Below are positions 63,405-64,000 of a stretch of 64,000 nt of DNA, in pieces. The DNA is from an uncultured Ruminococcus sp. (GTDB lineage: Bacteria > Bacillota > Clostridia > Oscillospirales > CAG-272). The notes under the pieces are model-generated. The model was given only the letters and a program-made list of their open reading frames with translations. It made no database searches and was not told the DNA's origin. Positions within the stretch are counted from its first letter, which is position 1. Every line of letters starts with the position of its first letter. The stretch lies in the NCBI GenBank assembly GCA_964629225.1, contig CAZVQC010000007.1, positions 1,675-65,674 on the forward strand, in the 5' to 3' direction. The position numbers and the translations under genes were made by a program.

Positions 63405-64000
63405 CGGCACCTCCTTTGTTCTGGGATTCGTAGATCTCACGGTAGATGGGATTTCCATCGATCAGTTCGCTGTGAGTTCCCACCGCGTTGATCTTACCGT
63501 TTTCAAGGACGATGATCTTGTCCGCATCTTGGACAGAGGATATCCTCTGGGCGATAATGAGCTTCGTAACCTCGGGTATCTCGTTTCTCATGGCGTTTCG
63601 GATAATGGCGTCCGTCCTTGTGTCAACGGCACTGGTGGAGTCATCCATGATGAGGATCTTCGGCTTTTTGAGGAGCGCTCTTGCGATGCAGAGGCGCTGC
63701 TTCTGTCCGCCCGAGACGTTGGCGCCGCCCTGCTCGATGTAAGTGTCGTAGCCGTCGGGGAATCTTTCAATGAACTCGTCGGCGCAGGCCAGCCTGCAGA
63801 CACGCTTCATCTCCTCGTCCGTAGCATCCGCGTTGCCCCAGCGCAGGTTGTCCTTGATGGTTCCCGAAAAGAGGATGTTCTTTTGAAGCACCACTGCCAC
63901 ATTGTCCCTCAAGACCTCCACGTCGTAGTCTCTCACGTCGTGTCCGCCGACCTTGACCGATCCCTCGGTCACGTCGTAGATCCTGGATATGAGCTGAATA
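63394..64000 (-). CDS. ABC exporter half-transporter, C-terminal NBD part; N-terminus lies beyond the window end
   Basis: Signature VSGGQKQRLCIARALL and Walker B LIMDDSTSAVD. The frame stays open to position 64000. Probable heterodimer partner of the downstream gene. Confidence 0.85.
   Translation of the reverse strand, partial: IQLISRIYDVTEGSVKVGGHDVRDYDVEVLRDNVAVVLQKNILFSGTIKDNLRWGNADATDEEMKRVCRLACADEFIERFPDGYDTYIEQGGANVSGGQKQRLCIARALLKKPKILIMDDSTSAVDTRTDAIIRNAMRNEIPEVTKLIIAQRISSVQDADKIIVLENGKINAVGTHSELIDGNPIYREIYESQNKGGADDE

Noticed and set aside
1-64000. CRISPR arrays, tRNA/rRNA genes, IS elements, integrases, prophage or toxin-antitoxin pairs.
   Set aside because: Scanning by eye found none of the following: spaced direct-repeat arrays, tRNA T-arm signatures (GGTTCGAATCC-type), rRNA, transposase or recombinase motifs, or terminal inverted repeats. 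Absence is by inspection only and should be confirmed with tRNAscan-SE, barrnap, ISEScan and a CRISPR array detection tool such as CRISPRCasFinder.

Overview
This is a 64-kb chromosomal segment that looks like a moderately GC-rich Gram-positive, Clostridia-like (Bacillota) genome. The taxonomic call is judged by eye from gene content (sepF-yggT-ylmH-divIVA, addAB, DUF1292, CotH). No GC value was computed.

I count about 60 protein genes. I found no rRNA, tRNA, CRISPR array, transposase or phage gene.

Most of the window is housekeeping:
- a type IIA topoisomerase B fragment
- rbfA-nrnA-truB
- an Mre11/Rad50-like YhaO/YhaN pair
- the tail of the dcw cluster (yggS, sepF, yggT, ylmH, divIVA, lspA, rluD)
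- pgk-tpiA
- comM
- rpmH-rnpA-yidD-yidC-jag-rsmG (rpmH, 44 aa, is missing from the ORF track)
- addB-addA
- dusB, a cysteine desulfurase, and a heterodimeric ABC exporter

The standout is a minus-strand block at about 21.8-35.6 kb devoted to c-di-GMP. An EAL phosphodiesterase gene is followed, immediately after its stop codon, by a sequence with the hallmark core of a GEMM-I (c-di-GMP-I) riboswitch plus an intrinsic terminator. This element gates a tightly coupled 8-gene operon:
- a VTC-like triphosphate-tunnel protein
- a DUF4956 membrane protein
- a CotH kinase
- a membrane-anchored GH-A-like hydrolase
- a HEAT-repeat protein
- a processive GT2 synthase with a QxxRW motif
- a DivIVA-like coiled-coil protein
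- a solute-binding-domain / degenerate-GGDEF / EAL protein

A GGDEF cyclase lies next door.

Other items worth a second look:
- a roughly 205-nt 6S-like RNA candidate
- an ORF-free structured GC-rich island
- a 13-bp tandem repeat across a stop codon
- a GATC cluster
- a decayed BlaI/BlaR1 module
- several long leaders

All functional calls rest on motif recognition by eye. No database search was run.
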